Origin: an uncultured Bacteroidota bacterium
GTDB lineage: Bacteria; Bacteroidota; Bacteroidia; Chitinophagales; Chitinophagaceae
Assembly: GCA_903882805.1 (NCBI GenBank)
Contig: CAIRYK010000094.1
Coordinates: 34,242 to 98,241 of the forward strand
Length of the DNA: 64,000 nt
Direction: 5' to 3'
Under the pieces are notes generated by a model. That model saw nothing but the letters and a program-made list of their open reading frames with translations, ran no database searches and was not told the DNA's origin. A program made the position numbers and the translations under genes. Positions 9,266 to 19,731 of the stretch are shown piece by piece; the first letter of the stretch is position 1, and each line of letters opens with the position of its first letter.

Positions 9266-9514
9266 TTAATACAAATAGCAAGTCTCCACTGTATGGATAT
9301 TGTTTTTGTCAAAGGTCTTAGATTCACCTTTACAAATAGTTTCGGCTTTAGATTTTGTATCTGTTATTTCCCACTCAACAGCATTACTATCAGGCAATCC
9401 TGGAGCTCCTGTATATTTAAAATCACAATGGCAGGTATATTTCTTAGTACACGACGTTGCTGAGAACAAAACTAAAGATATTAATGCCAGTACTAATGAT
9501 GGGCGAAATTTCAT
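9266..9514 (-). CDS. Small cysteine-rich lipoprotein, unknown function
   Basis: 82 aa. Signal peptide ending LFSATSC (lipobox-like), with four further Cys in the mature part. Confidence 0.6.
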   Translation of the reverse strand: MKFRPSLVLALISLVLFSATSCTKKYTCHCDFKYTGAPGLPDSNAVEWEITDTKSKAETICKGESKTFDKNNIHTVETCYLY

Positions 9515-9620
9515 GTGCGCGATACTTATTTGTGGATGAAGGTAATAATTGCTGTTTGAAATTCAAAATTGAAGTCAATTTTATCTGATGGCAAGCGGCT
9601 AGCACTCAACTTTTAAAATT

Positions 9621-9653
9621 TATAGGGCTACCTCTATACGAGATAGCCCTATA
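9621..9653 (-). terminator. Terminator hairpin downstream of the T9SS cargo gene
   Basis: tatagggcta / tagccctata 10-bp stem with a 13-nt loop. The minus-strand reading is followed by aattttaaaa. Confidence 0.6.
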
Positions 9654-9672
9654 AATAAGCGTTAAACTCAAA

Positions 9673-10989
9673 CTATTGTTTCTGGAAACGAACTCTTGAT
9701 TTCACATTTCCATCTTCGCTTTTTACAATTACTATGTAAGTTCCAACAGGTATAGAAGCAACATTGAACACATTTGAACCAGCTATGCCGACTCTTTCGT
9801 TTAATGTTATTCTACCTGTCATATCAACTATTGAAATTTGATCGTTGACATCTAAACCAGTAACATTAATTACACTGCTGGATGGGTTAGGATATACTTT
9901 TACATTATCGGAAGAAGTCATAGATTTCGTACCAAGTGAAGGCGATGCGGCGCGAGTAAACGCAATAGCAGAATCGCGAGCGGCGGTACTAAAAGCATAG
10001 AAATAGGTGAAATTAGCTGAATTTGCCGGATGCAAATCAGTGCCAGACGTAACCCTATGCACCATGAATGACGAACTGTCTACAGGCGCTAAGTGTGCAA
10101 CATGAAAAGACAAACCAATGGCAACATCGGCAGTATTAGTGTATCCGGCGCTAAAATAGCCGCCGGGCATTGTTCCGCCGTAAACAGTTGAAAGGTCAAT
10201 TGTAGAGCTTATAGGCCATGAATTGTACACAAGACAAGTAGCGTTGGTGTCTGTAGTACCAATTGCCATATAAGATGCAGAATGGCCTGTACCGATACCA
10301 GTAGCAGAAACTATTGTTGTATCTGTGCTTTGATACTCTACAACATTTCTTGTAGTAAAACCACCGCCGGGCTGTCTTTGGTCATTATCCGGGTCAAGAG
10401 TACGCAGGTAGTATATATCATCCTTTGCCGTCGATGCTAAATTGGTCAACACAATTTTCACTGTAAAAAACAGGCTATTGGTATCTAATGTTGTAATTTG
10501 TTTTATTTCAACACTATCATTGCTACCTACCCAAGTTCCGATCAGGTTAGAGCCACTGGTTGTATAAGAAACGTTTGTGCCAGATAATGTGCCGGTAAAA
10601 CCTGTTCCTGTAGTGGTATTGTAAGCCTGATATTGCGTGCCGCCCATCTGGATGCTCCATCCCTCAAACGGGGAACCCGGCAAAAAATAATCGCCATAGA
10701 AAGGCGGTGTGCCTACAGCCCAACCGTCCATATCCGGATCTACTATAAATCCTAGTCCTGTACCTCCTGTTAAAGTGTAGCAAGGGTTTACAGCTCCTGC
10801 GCTTGGGCTATTACCATGGTATCCGGCAGGCATATGAGGTGCGCCAAATGATCCGCTGGGCGCTATACCTACTTCTACGTATCTTCCTTTCAGGAATACA
10901 CTGCAACTGTCGAGTTGCGCATTTGCTGTACCATAGGAAAGCACAAGAGCGAGCGCTACAAGAGATTTAGTAAGGTCTAATTTCTTCAT
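9673..10989 (-). CDS. Secreted protein with T9SS C-terminal sorting domain, unknown function
   Basis: 438 aa. Signal peptide ends TANA|Q. The C-terminal about 80 aa (VKVYPNPSSSVINV...GTYIVIVKS) match the Por secretion tail pattern. Confidence 0.8.
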   Translation of the reverse strand: MKKLDLTKSLVALALVLSYGTANAQLDSCSVFLKGRYVEVGIAPSGSFGAPHMPAGYHGNSPSAGAVNPCYTLTGGTGLGFIVDPDMDGWAVGTPPFYGDYFLPGSPFEGWSIQMGGTQYQAYNTTTGTGFTGTLSGTNVSYTTSGSNLIGTWVGSNDSVEIKQITTLDTNSLFFTVKIVLTNLASTAKDDIYYLRTLDPDNDQRQPGGGFTTRNVVEYQSTDTTIVSATGIGTGHSASYMAIGTTDTNATCLVYNSWPISSTIDLSTVYGGTMPGGYFSAGYTNTADVAIGLSFHVAHLAPVDSSSFMVHRVTSGTDLHPANSANFTYFYAFSTAARDSAIAFTRAASPSLGTKSMTSSDNVKVYPNPSSSVINVTGLDVNDQISIVDMTGRITLNERVGIAGSNVFNVASIPVGTYIVIVKSEDGNVKSRVRFQKQ

Positions 10990-11151
10990 AATTTATTTTG
11001 TGTAATTTGGAGTGAAAATGGTGGTTACAAGTTTAACAGACCTATAAAACTTAAAAAAAGTTGGCTGTAAGCGAAAATAAAGTTAATAATTTCACCGATA
11101 AAATAACCTTTCTCATACTTTAGTTCTTCTAAATTTGAAAGACACATCCGA

Positions 11152-12240
11152 TTAAGCCCCCTCATACTTTCCAAAAAAATAAAGAAACAGCGCAAGTGCA
11201 AGCGCACCTTCCAACATAGCCATAACCCACACCTGTAGCGAAGCGATAAGTATCAATGCAATAAAAAACATTGCGACTATCAAAACAGTGTAATTGTTTC
11301 GCTGAAACCAACGATGAAACAATAACGAAGTGCACAAACTCAACTGAGCCACAGCAAGTGCATAAATGGAGGCGATAACGCCAATAGGTATACTCTCTTT
11401 CCCATTTATAAATAAAAAAGCCAATTCAGGAAGAAAAAGTACCGCATACGTAAGCGCATAAATACTAAATCTGTAAAAAGCAGAAAAAGGCAGATTCCTT
11501 AAAAATCGTAGTCTGCTTTCGGAAAACGATACATATTGTTGTTGCAAAAGCGCGTGGGCTGAAATAATAAACATCATTAATACGCAAACAGATTCTTTAT
11601 AGAGTACGTTTTCATTTGCCCAAATCATTATCTGAAGCAGCCCTATGCTGAATGCTTTTATGGCCAATATTGCCCCCTTTTTGCTGTGAAATGAATACTG
11701 CAGCAACATAAACTCCATACTGCTCTTAAAATTGATAGAATATTCAGGAAGTTTAAAAATAGACTGCAAACCGTCAAAGCGCAATTTATGCAACAAAGTC
11801 CAAGCCCCAAACAAACACATCACCAACTGAACGAGCAATAGGGTAACCGGAATTATAAATACCCCTTCCGAAAAGCCAACAACACAAGCTGCTATGCAAT
11901 AGATCATCGCCGGCAGGTAGACACCTGTAAAAACCCTAAACAACAACAAAAAACGCCTAGATACAGGTATCGCCTCCAGCTCCCTTAAAAAACCATTACT
12001 CCTATCTGTAGCTACGGCCAAACAAAATGCTATACATTTTATTAAATAAGTGGCAATTGCTAAAATCGTTATGCAACAAAACTTCCACGAACCCGTTAAT
12101 GCAGTCATTATTGCCCTATGAAATAATAAGGCATCATGTGCGTTGAGCAAGCCAAAAAGAGCCAATAGTAAAAGCAGAAAAAAAGCGGCATTTTGCTCAT
12201 AATACCGTTTTATAAACAACTTATGAAGTGTATTGTTCAT
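11152..12240 (-). CDS. Polytopic membrane protein, presumed permease partner of the adjacent ABC ATPase
   Basis: 362 aa with about 8-10 hydrophobic helices and no motif I recognise. Its ATG shares one base with the TAA of the upstream ATPase gene (TAATG). Confidence 0.6.
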   Translation of the reverse strand: MNNTLHKLFIKRYYEQNAAFFLLLLLALFGLLNAHDALLFHRAIMTALTGSWKFCCITILAIATYLIKCIAFCLAVATDRSNGFLRELEAIPVSRRFLLLFRVFTGVYLPAMIYCIAACVVGFSEGVFIIPVTLLLVQLVMCLFGAWTLLHKLRFDGLQSIFKLPEYSINFKSSMEFMLLQYSFHSKKGAILAIKAFSIGLLQIMIWANENVLYKESVCVLMMFIISAHALLQQQYVSFSESRLRFLRNLPFSAFYRFSIYALTYAVLFLPELAFLFINGKESIPIGVIASIYALAVAQLSLCTSLLFHRWFQRNNYTVLIVAMFFIALILIASLQVWVMAMLEGALALALFLYFFGKYEGA

Positions 12241-12863
12241 TAAAGCGAAATTGCATTGTTCGCTACAAATATGCGGCTCATTGCGTATTCGGGTATTTCT
12301 ACTTCCTGGTGCGAGGTAATCAGGAATCCTACTCCCCTATCTCTATATGTCTTTATCAATTCCTGCAGTTTAGTCACTGCCGATACATCGAGCGTTATTA
12401 ATGGCTCATCAAGCAGTATTAATTTTGGTTGCCCTATAAAAGCCAACATCAACGATAGCTTTTTCACCATCCCACTAGAATAGGTGGCAATTTTGGCGCT
12501 CTTATAGGCAGCTATCCCAAAAGAGTTTACCAGTTGCAGTACCTGCTCATTTGTACCCTTCTTCGCGCTTACATAAAAGCTTATTAAATCGTCGCCGGTC
12601 AAAAAATCTGGATAAAACGGTTCGGCTTCGGCATAATTGACTATTTTTTTATAATCGCTTGGTTGAGTGCGTAAACTTATTGCGGCAACCGAAATCTCAC
12701 CATCAAACGGGATTAAACCTGCTATCGATTGTAGCAACGTTGTTTTACCGCTGCCATTTTCGCCTTTTACCCAATAAATGCCAGGCGGTAAATAAATAGA
12801 AGGTACCGACAAAATAAGTTTGTCGCCAAAACGTTTACTATAATTGTTAATTCTGAGCCCCAA
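12240..12863 (-). CDS. ABC transporter ATP-binding protein (ABC-2 type, single NBD)
   Basis: 207 aa. Walker A GENGSGKTT, signature YSSGM, Walker B LILLDEP, H-loop ITSH. The only possible start is TTG, directly after an in-frame stop. Confidence 0.8.
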   Translation of the reverse strand: MGLRINNYSKRFGDKLILSVPSIYLPPGIYWVKGENGSGKTTLLQSIAGLIPFDGEISVAAISLRTQPSDYKKIVNYAEAEPFYPDFLTGDDLISFYVSAKKGTNEQVLQLVNSFGIAAYKSAKIATYSSGMVKKLSLMLAFIGQPKLILLDEPLITLDVSAVTKLQELIKTYRDRGVGFLITSHQEVEIPEYAMSRIFVANNAISL

Positions 12864-13078
12864 TTATTCTATTTTGTTCTTAAACCTACAAAACGGAAAA
12901 TTATTATTGGTCAGCGTTTGTTTTCAAAACAATTTAACATAACACCTATAACACACATACAATAATCACAGAATTGTTGAGTATCCGGGTATATCACATA
13001 ATGAAATATTAAATTTAAATATAACGGCTTTTCGCTATCTTGCACCGCAAATATTTTAAAACGTAAAAAAATAGCAAA

Positions 13079-13792
13079 ATGAATAAAATCCGGGTTTCAA
13101 TATTAGGAGCCGCCCTGTTAATCTTAGGCGTTGTTGCTGCACATGCACAAACCGCAGATGAAATTGTACAAAAACACATAGCGGCAATAGGCGGACAAGA
13201 CGTCTGGAAAAAACTGAAATCAATAAAAATGATTGGTAGCCTGAACATAAATGGCACAGAAATACCAATAACCGTTACCACAGTTCATGGCAAAGGCCAG
13301 CGTTCAGATATTAGCTTCAATGGCATGAATGGTTATGAAATTATTACTACCACCGAGGGTTGGTCGATGTCGCCATTTGGCGGCCAGGCAAAGCCAGAAG
13401 CCATGACCGAAGCCGAAGTTAAGCAGCAACAAGACGGCCTCGATATACAGGGCGCACTCATAGACTATAAGGCAAAAGGAAACAAAGTTGATTTTCTGGG
13501 GAAAGACAATTTGGAAGGAACAGATGTATATAAGCTAAAAGTTACGCACGCAAATGGCAATATTGAAACTATGTATTTTGATGCAAGTACTTACTACCAC
13601 ATTAGATCAATAGAAAAGGTAAAAGTAGATGGTAAGGAGATTGAAGATATTACCAACTACAGCAATTACAAAAAACTAGCTGAAGGGATTGTATTCCCAA
13701 TGTCGATTGAAAGCGAGGGCGGTCCGATGGTTGTTAAGACAGTAGAAGTAAACAAAATAGTAGACGAAAGTATATTCAAACCAACAAAATAA
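13079..13792 (+). CDS. Secreted LolA-like / outer-membrane lipoprotein-sorting family protein (paralog 1)
   Basis: 237 aa. Signal peptide ends AAHA|Q. The family assignment is tentative and rests on overall pattern. Close paralog of the next gene. Confidence 0.55.
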   Translation: MNKIRVSILGAALLILGVVAAHAQTADEIVQKHIAAIGGQDVWKKLKSIKMIGSLNINGTEIPITVTTVHGKGQRSDISFNGMNGYEIITTTEGWSMSPFGGQAKPEAMTEAEVKQQQDGLDIQGALIDYKAKGNKVDFLGKDNLEGTDVYKLKVTHANGNIETMYFDASTYYHIRSIEKVKVDGKEIEDITNYSNYKKLAEGIVFPMSIESEGGPMVVKTVEVNKIVDESIFKPTK

Positions 13793-13947
13793 TTTAGTGA
13801 TTATACACTGAAACGACTGCCGAAAGCTACCACGCTGCTGGCCGTTTTTCTTTGCTGTTAGCGCTATAATCCCCCCATTTATCACGCTATCTAAATTGTA
13901 TTTTGTCATATCTTGCAGCGCATATTCAAACAAATAAAAAATCAGCA

Positions 13948-14673
13948 ATGAAAATCACAAAGTTATTTTTTGTAGCCGCTGCGCTGCTATTGGGTGGATT
14001 GACCGCTAAAGCACAAACCGCAGACGAAATTATTGACAAGCATATAAAAGCCATTGGCGGACATGATGCCTGGGCTAAGATTAATTCAGTGAAAATGAAC
14101 TGTAGCGTAAGCGCAAACGGAACAGAAATACCTGTGACCGTAACAACGCTCAACCACAAAGGCCAAAGAATGGAGTTTAATATTGGGGGTATGTCGTGCT
14201 ATATGGTTATTACCCCAAAAGAAGGTTGGGCTTACTACCCTATTCAAGGGCAAACAAAACCAGAGGCAATGACCGAAGAACAGGTGAAACAATCGCAAGA
14301 TGGATTGGACATAACCGGTTCGCTATATGACTACAAGCAAAAAGGCAACAAAGTAACTTATTTGGGTAAAGACAACATAGAAGGGACTGATTGCTACAAG
14401 CTAAAAGTTAATCAAGCATCTGGCAAGGAAGAAACCATTTATATCGATGCAACCACTTATTACCAGGTGCGTAGCGTTATGAAAGTAAAAGCAAACGGTA
14501 AAGAAACAGAAGGCATAACCAACTACGGTAACTACCAAAAATTACCTGAAGGAATCGTATACCCAATGTCGATAGAGAGCGGCAATGGTCCGTTAGCCGT
14601 AAAATCGGTGGAAGTAAACAAACCGGTTGATGAGAGTATTTTTAAACCAACTGCAGACGCGGGTAAAAAATAA
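13948..14673 (+). CDS. Secreted LolA-like family protein (paralog 2)
   Basis: 241 aa from the ATG at 13948 (MKITKLFFVAAALLLGG, cleavage TAKA|Q). Colinear with the 13079 product, with long identical blocks such as QTADEI, NGTEIP.TVTT, KPEAMTE and VDESIFKPT. Confidence 0.6.
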   Translation: MKITKLFFVAAALLLGGLTAKAQTADEIIDKHIKAIGGHDAWAKINSVKMNCSVSANGTEIPVTVTTLNHKGQRMEFNIGGMSCYMVITPKEGWAYYPIQGQTKPEAMTEEQVKQSQDGLDITGSLYDYKQKGNKVTYLGKDNIEGTDCYKLKVNQASGKEETIYIDATTYYQVRSVMKVKANGKETEGITNYGNYQKLPEGIVYPMSIESGNGPLAVKSVEVNKPVDESIFKPTADAGKK

Positions 14674-14728
14674 CCACAACTGGTTACCAACTCCCAAACA
14701 TCCCTAAACAGTCAACAATTCTCAAAAC

Positions 14729-14780
14729 AAAACGGCAATATGTATATGACTTTAAACTGTCTGTATCATATTGCCGTTTT
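14729..14780 (+). terminator. Terminator-like hairpin after the paralog pair
   Basis: 14-bp perfect stem aaaacggcaatatg / catattgccgtttt with a 24-nt loop. It overlaps the long-ORF alternative start at 14771, which argues for the 14846 start of the next gene. Confidence 0.55.
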
Positions 14781-14845
14781 GCTTTATCAGGCTTACCAAT
14801 AAACTACATTTAGCAAATTTTTTCAAAAAAATCGTAAATAAATCC

Positions 14846-17800
14846 ATGAAAAAACTGTTTTTCAATTGTTTAGCAATACTTTCTGTAAGTATTGCTTTCG
14901 GTCAAACTAAAGTTAACTCCTACACATTTGGCGCGCTTGAAGCCCGCTGGTTGGGTCCTGGCACCATGAGTGGTAGGATAACCGCAATTGAGGGCGTTAA
15001 TGCCGATAGCAAAACACTGTATGTAGGAACTGCAGGCGGCGGCGTGTGGAAAAGCACTAATGCCGGGGCCTCGTTCAAGCCTATTTTCGATAAATACTGC
15101 ATGAGTATTGGCGCACTGGCTATAGATCAGACCAATCCATCTACAGTATTTGTTGGTACGGGAGAAAGCAATATGCGTAACACGGTTTCTATTGGCAACG
15201 GCATGTACAAGACTACCGATGCCGGCGACAACTGGGTAAAAGTAGGCATGGATAGCGTAGAACACATAGCCAAGATAATTATAGACCCAAAGAACCCGAA
15301 CACAATATACGCTGCCGCGCCCGGCCCTTTGTGGAGCGACAGCAAACACCGCGGTCTGTATAAATCAACTGATGGCGGCGACACATGGGAAAAGATATTC
15401 TACATCAATGAAAAAACCGGCTGCGCCGATGTAGCGGTCGACCCTACAGATCCCAATACTGTCTACGCGACCACATGGGAATTCAGACGCCTACCCTATT
15501 CCTTCAATTCGGGCGGCAAAGGTAGTGGCATGTATAAGAGCCAAGATGGCGGCAAAACATGGCGCGAGCTAACTAAGGGCTTGCCGCTTAAACCATTTGG
15601 CAGGATTGCGCTGACGCTGGCGCCGAGCGCGCCACAGAAGATGATAGCCATTGTAGAATCGAAAGAAACCGGCTTGTACATATCGGAAGACGGCGGTGAA
15701 AACTGGAAATCGCAAAGCGCTACTACAAACGTGGTGTCTCGTCCCTTTTATTTCAGCTGTCTGGTTATCGATCCTAAAGACCCTAAGCGCGTTTATAGAC
15801 CCGGGTTTGGTTTTTCTTATTCCGACGATGGCGGCTATTCATTTGCCGATGCATCGTACGATGGCGGATGGGTGCATAGCGACCACCATGCGCTGTGGAT
15901 AAACCCAAATTATACAAATCAGATGTATTTGGGAACAGATGGCGGCGTGTATTACAGCCTAGATAGAGGCGCAACATGGATGTTTGTGTACAATTTGCCT
16001 GTCGGCCAATTTTATCATGTAGCCTGCGACAATAACAGCCCATACCGTATGTTTGGCGGACTGCAGGACAATGGCAGCTGGATGGCGCCTTCAGCAGCGC
16101 CCGGAGGCGTTAATAACTCGAGCTGGCAGGATATGTATGGCGGCGATGGCTTTTGGGTACAACCCGACCCTACCGATAACAATATTGCCTATGCAGAATC
16201 GCAGGGTGGTAATATGGGTCGAATAGACCTTACCAGCTTCAAATCGGTAGATATTACGCCACAAGCTGCTACAGGCGACGAAAAGCTGCGCTGGAACTGG
16301 AATACGCCAATAGTAACCGGTCAGGCCAATAAAAAAAATCTGTATACTGCAGCGCAATACCTTTATAAAACTACCAATCAGGGTCGCACATGGCAGAAAA
16401 TATCGCCCGACCTTACTACCAACGATAAGAAAAAGCAAGAACAAGAAAACAGCGGCGGCTTGAGCGAAGACAATACGTCGGCAGAAAACCATTGTACAAT
16501 ATTTACCATTGCTGAATCACCGCTCGATGAAAACATGATATGGGTAGGCACCGACGACGGCAACCTGCAAGTAGTAACTGATGGCGGCAAATCGTGGATG
16601 AATATGGCTAAAAACTACGCGCTGGCAGGCATACCTGCTCAAACATGGGTGAGCAGTATCGAGCCTTCCCGTTTTGACAAAAACACTGTCTATGCCACAT
16701 TTGACAACCACATGTATGGCGACATGAATACATATCTTGCAAAATCGAGCGATGGAGGTAAAACATGGAAGAGAATTACAAGTCCTGAATTCAGTGGTTT
16801 TGCACACAAAATAAAGGAGGACATTGTAAATAAAGACCTGCTGTTTTTGGGTACTGAGCAAGGCCTATTTGCAACGCTTGATGGCGGTGAAACCTGGTTC
16901 AGAATGAAAAACCACATACACGAATATGCTATGGTGCGCGACATTCAGATACAACCGCAGACAAACGACCTGGTGATAGCCACCCATGGCCGAGGCATTA
17001 TGGTGATCAATGATATTTCGCCTATCCGCGGACTGACTAAAGAAATGGTAGACAATCCGGTGTACTTATATCCATTACAGCCTATGACCATCTCTATGGG
17101 TAAATTTGGCGGTGGCGGATCGCCGGTTAGCGGCGGCTGGTATGGCGGCAACCCCGAAAGCATACAACCGATAGAATACTACCTAAAAGACAGAGCAAAC
17201 AGCGATGTGAAGGTGGAAATCTATGACGCTGCAGGCAAACTGGTGCAATCTGTACCCGGCACTAAGCGCAAGGGCATCAATAAAGTATACTGGAACATGC
17301 GCTATACCCCACCAAAAACAGCTACCGGCGGTACAAAAATGGACAACGGCGGTTTTATGGCTCCCATGGTTTTACCCGGTAACTACACGCTAAAATTGAA
17401 AATAGGCGACAAAGAATACAGCAGTCCGCTAACAATGGTGCATGATAATACTAATAAACTATTTAGCGAAGAAGACCGCAGGGAGCAATATAAGGCTGCT
17501 ATGGCGCTGTATAGCATGCACGAGCAGCTGGCTCTGCTGGTTGACAAAATAAATACAGAACAAAAGCTGGTGAAGTCGATGATAGACTCAGTAAAAAAAG
17601 CGCCCGCGAAAAAGACCCTTACAGACTACAACAACAAATTGGAAGAACTGAGAAGCACACTGCTTGCCACTAAACATAAATCGATATTTGCCGATGAGAA
17701 AAAGCTCAGAGAAAATATCACTGAAATTTATGGCTCCGTTTGTTTTCAGGAATGTAGGCCCACCAATCTGCAGCTTGGGAGGATAACCACCCTCACCGAC

Positions 17801-17923
17801 GAACTAAAGAAAGGCGAGACAACATTTGATAAAATAAATACAGAATATGGAGTTAAAGCCAAACAAGTAATCAACGAAGAAAAAAGCCGCCCAAAACCGG
17901 TATCGAGCAATACAGGTAACTAA
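14846..17923 (+). CDS. Secreted BNR/Asp-box repeat protein (sortilin/VPS10-like double propeller; glycoside-hydrolase-like)
   Basis: About 1025 aa from MKKLFFNCL. Signal ends IAFG|Q. Many S-x-D-x-G-x-T-W Asp-box repeats (STDGGDTW, SQDGGKTW, SEDGGENW, SLDRGATW, TTNQGRTW, SSDGGKTW, TLDGGETW). Confidence 0.7.
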   Translation: MKKLFFNCLAILSVSIAFGQTKVNSYTFGALEARWLGPGTMSGRITAIEGVNADSKTLYVGTAGGGVWKSTNAGASFKPIFDKYCMSIGALAIDQTNPSTVFVGTGESNMRNTVSIGNGMYKTTDAGDNWVKVGMDSVEHIAKIIIDPKNPNTIYAAAPGPLWSDSKHRGLYKSTDGGDTWEKIFYINEKTGCADVAVDPTDPNTVYATTWEFRRLPYSFNSGGKGSGMYKSQDGGKTWRELTKGLPLKPFGRIALTLAPSAPQKMIAIVESKETGLYISEDGGENWKSQSATTNVVSRPFYFSCLVIDPKDPKRVYRPGFGFSYSDDGGYSFADASYDGGWVHSDHHALWINPNYTNQMYLGTDGGVYYSLDRGATWMFVYNLPVGQFYHVACDNNSPYRMFGGLQDNGSWMAPSAAPGGVNNSSWQDMYGGDGFWVQPDPTDNNIAYAESQGGNMGRIDLTSFKSVDITPQAATGDEKLRWNWNTPIVTGQANKKNLYTAAQYLYKTTNQGRTWQKISPDLTTNDKKKQEQENSGGLSEDNTSAENHCTIFTIAESPLDENMIWVGTDDGNLQVVTDGGKSWMNMAKNYALAGIPAQTWVSSIEPSRFDKNTVYATFDNHMYGDMNTYLAKSSDGGKTWKRITSPEFSGFAHKIKEDIVNKDLLFLGTEQGLFATLDGGETWFRMKNHIHEYAMVRDIQIQPQTNDLVIATHGRGIMVINDISPIRGLTKEMVDNPVYLYPLQPMTISMGKFGGGGSPVSGGWYGGNPESIQPIEYYLKDRANSDVKVEIYDAAGKLVQSVPGTKRKGINKVYWNMRYTPPKTATGGTKMDNGGFMAPMVLPGNYTLKLKIGDKEYSSPLTMVHDNTNKLFSEEDRREQYKAAMALYSMHEQLALLVDKINTEQKLVKSMIDSVKKAPAKKTLTDYNNKLEELRSTLLATKHKSIFADEKKLRENITEIYGSVCFQECRPTNLQLGRITTLTDELKKGETTFDKINTEYGVKAKQVINEEKSRPKPVSSNTGN

Positions 17924-17940
17924 ACAAGTGGTAAAGCTAT

Positions 17941-17985
17941 AAATGGTTATGTACTTCAGCTTCAGGCTGCATTACATAACCATTT
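17941..17985. terminator. Bidirectional terminator hairpin between convergent genes
   Basis: 13-bp perfect stem aaatggttatgta / tacataaccattt. Confidence 0.6.
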
Positions 17986-18048
17986 GTCATTCAGCATATT
18001 GCAATTTCTATAAAAAATCTTGAACGCTAGATCGATCTATTCGGGAGT

Positions 18049-19731
18049 TCACTTTTCAATCTTGGCTACAAAATAACCCAGACCACATATTGCCGGCACC
18101 GCCAATGCCCCTATAAGGTTGAGCCAAAGAAAGGAAACGATATCGAGTTGGTAAACGATTATAACAACCGTCTCAGCAATTATTGCTGCGGAAAACACCC
18201 AATTGCCGCTTATGCGTTTCATATAAAACGCCACAAGGAAGATACCCAATATTGTGCCATAGAATAGCGAGCCTAAGATATTGACCGCCTCTATAAGCGA
18301 CCCAAGCCGCGCTGCAAACATGGCCACAAAAATGCAGAATATACCCCACGCAAGCGTATGCAACCGACCAAAACGTAGTTGATCGCGGGGTGAAAGCGAC
18401 TTATTGCCCGCCAGTTGCACATCCATAAGCGATGAAGCAGTAAGCGAATTGAGGGCCGCCGAAATAGAGCCCCACGATGCCAGAATAATTACGGCAAACA
18501 ACAAACCAACTACACCCTTTGGTAGCGCATTTTTTACAAAATATAGAAATATATAGTTGGCGTCATTTTTATCCGGTGTAAAATGCCCGGCTGATATCTG
18601 CACAGAAATACTATCGCGCAGCGACTTTATTTGTAGCCCTTTTGCCCTAAACTCATTAATGTCCTGCTCCAGGTCTTCCGTGGCTCCGGTTTTGCGGTTC
18701 TGAGCCATTCGCATCGCTAACTGCTCGCTTTCTCGGTGTAGTTTGTAGTACCTGTTTTCAGCCGAGGTCACATAGGCAGCATCGTGTTGCTTATAAGATT
18801 GGTAGGCTCCGCTATTGAAATATAGTGGGGCGGGCTGAAAGCTGTAAAAAGCAAAAACCAATGCGCCTATCAGCAATATAGCAAATTGCATGGGCACTTT
18901 TATAAGCCCATTGAGTAACAACCCCATTTTGCTTTCGTGCAGGTTTTTACCGGATATATACCTGCCTACCTGGCTTTGGTCTGTGCCAAAGTAAGATAGC
19001 GAAAGAAAGAAACCACCGATAATACCACTCCAAATATTATACTTATCCTTCCAGTCGAACTTGGTAGTAATAACATTCAGTTTGCCCGATTTACCTGCTA
19101 TATATAGCGCATCACCCATAGATACGCCCTGCGGCAGCAAATGAACAACCATATAACCGGCTACGGCCATTGAAGCGAGTATAATAAGAAATTGCAGTTT
19201 TTGTGTATGAGCCACCGCTTTCGCTCCACCGCTATAGGTGTACACAATGAGTAGTCCACCCATTACTACGTTGGTCAGGTAAATGTTCCAACCCAATATG
19301 GACGACAAAATAATCGCAGGTGCGTATATACTTATACCCGTAGATAAACCACGAGATAACAGGAAAAGTATTGCCGTAAACAACCTTGTTTTTCGATCGA
19401 AACGCTGTTCCAGATATTCGTAGGCTGTATATACATTTAGCTTTCTGAAAATAGGGATAAACGTAACCGAAATAACGATCATCGCCAGCGGCAAGCCAAA
19501 ATAATACTGCACAAAACGCATACCGTCGGTGTATGCCTGCCCGGGCGCCGATAGGAAGGTAATAGCGCTTGCCTGTGTAGCCATTACGCCCAATAGCACC
19601 ACATACCAGGGCATTTGCTTATTGGCCAGCAAATAAGAGTCGGCGCCGCTTTGCCCCCGGCCTTTATATAGTCCGTAAGCTATCATAGCGCCCAGCGTTG
19701 CAAGCAATACAATCCAGTCGGGCGCGCTCAT
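18049..19731 (-). CDS. Sodium:solute symporter (SSF family)
   Basis: 560 aa with about 13-14 TM helices and an SSS-like N-terminal pattern (GRGQSGADSYLLANKQMPWYVV). A roughly 90-aa hydrophilic insertion sits between late helices. Confidence 0.8.
   Translation of the reverse strand: MSAPDWIVLLATLGAMIAYGLYKGRGQSGADSYLLANKQMPWYVVLLGVMATQASAITFLSAPGQAYTDGMRFVQYYFGLPLAMIVISVTFIPIFRKLNVYTAYEYLEQRFDRKTRLFTAILFLLSRGLSTGISIYAPAIILSSILGWNIYLTNVVMGGLLIVYTYSGGAKAVAHTQKLQFLIILASMAVAGYMVVHLLPQGVSMGDALYIAGKSGKLNVITTKFDWKDKYNIWSGIIGGFFLSLSYFGTDQSQVGRYISGKNLHESKMGLLLNGLIKVPMQFAILLIGALVFAFYSFQPAPLYFNSGAYQSYKQHDAAYVTSAENRYYKLHRESEQLAMRMAQNRKTGATEDLEQDINEFRAKGLQIKSLRDSISVQISAGHFTPDKNDANYIFLYFVKNALPKGVVGLLFAVIILASWGSISAALNSLTASSLMDVQLAGNKSLSPRDQLRFGRLHTLAWGIFCIFVAMFAARLGSLIEAVNILGSLFYGTILGIFLVAFYMKRISGNWVFSAAIIAETVVIIVYQLDIVSFLWLNLIGALAVPAICGLGYFVAKIEK

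Noticed and set aside
14771-14845. Upstream extension of the BNR protein ORF (MPFCFIRLTNK...)
   Set aside because: The alternative start lies inside the preceding terminator hairpin. The ATG at 14846 gives a canonical signal peptide.
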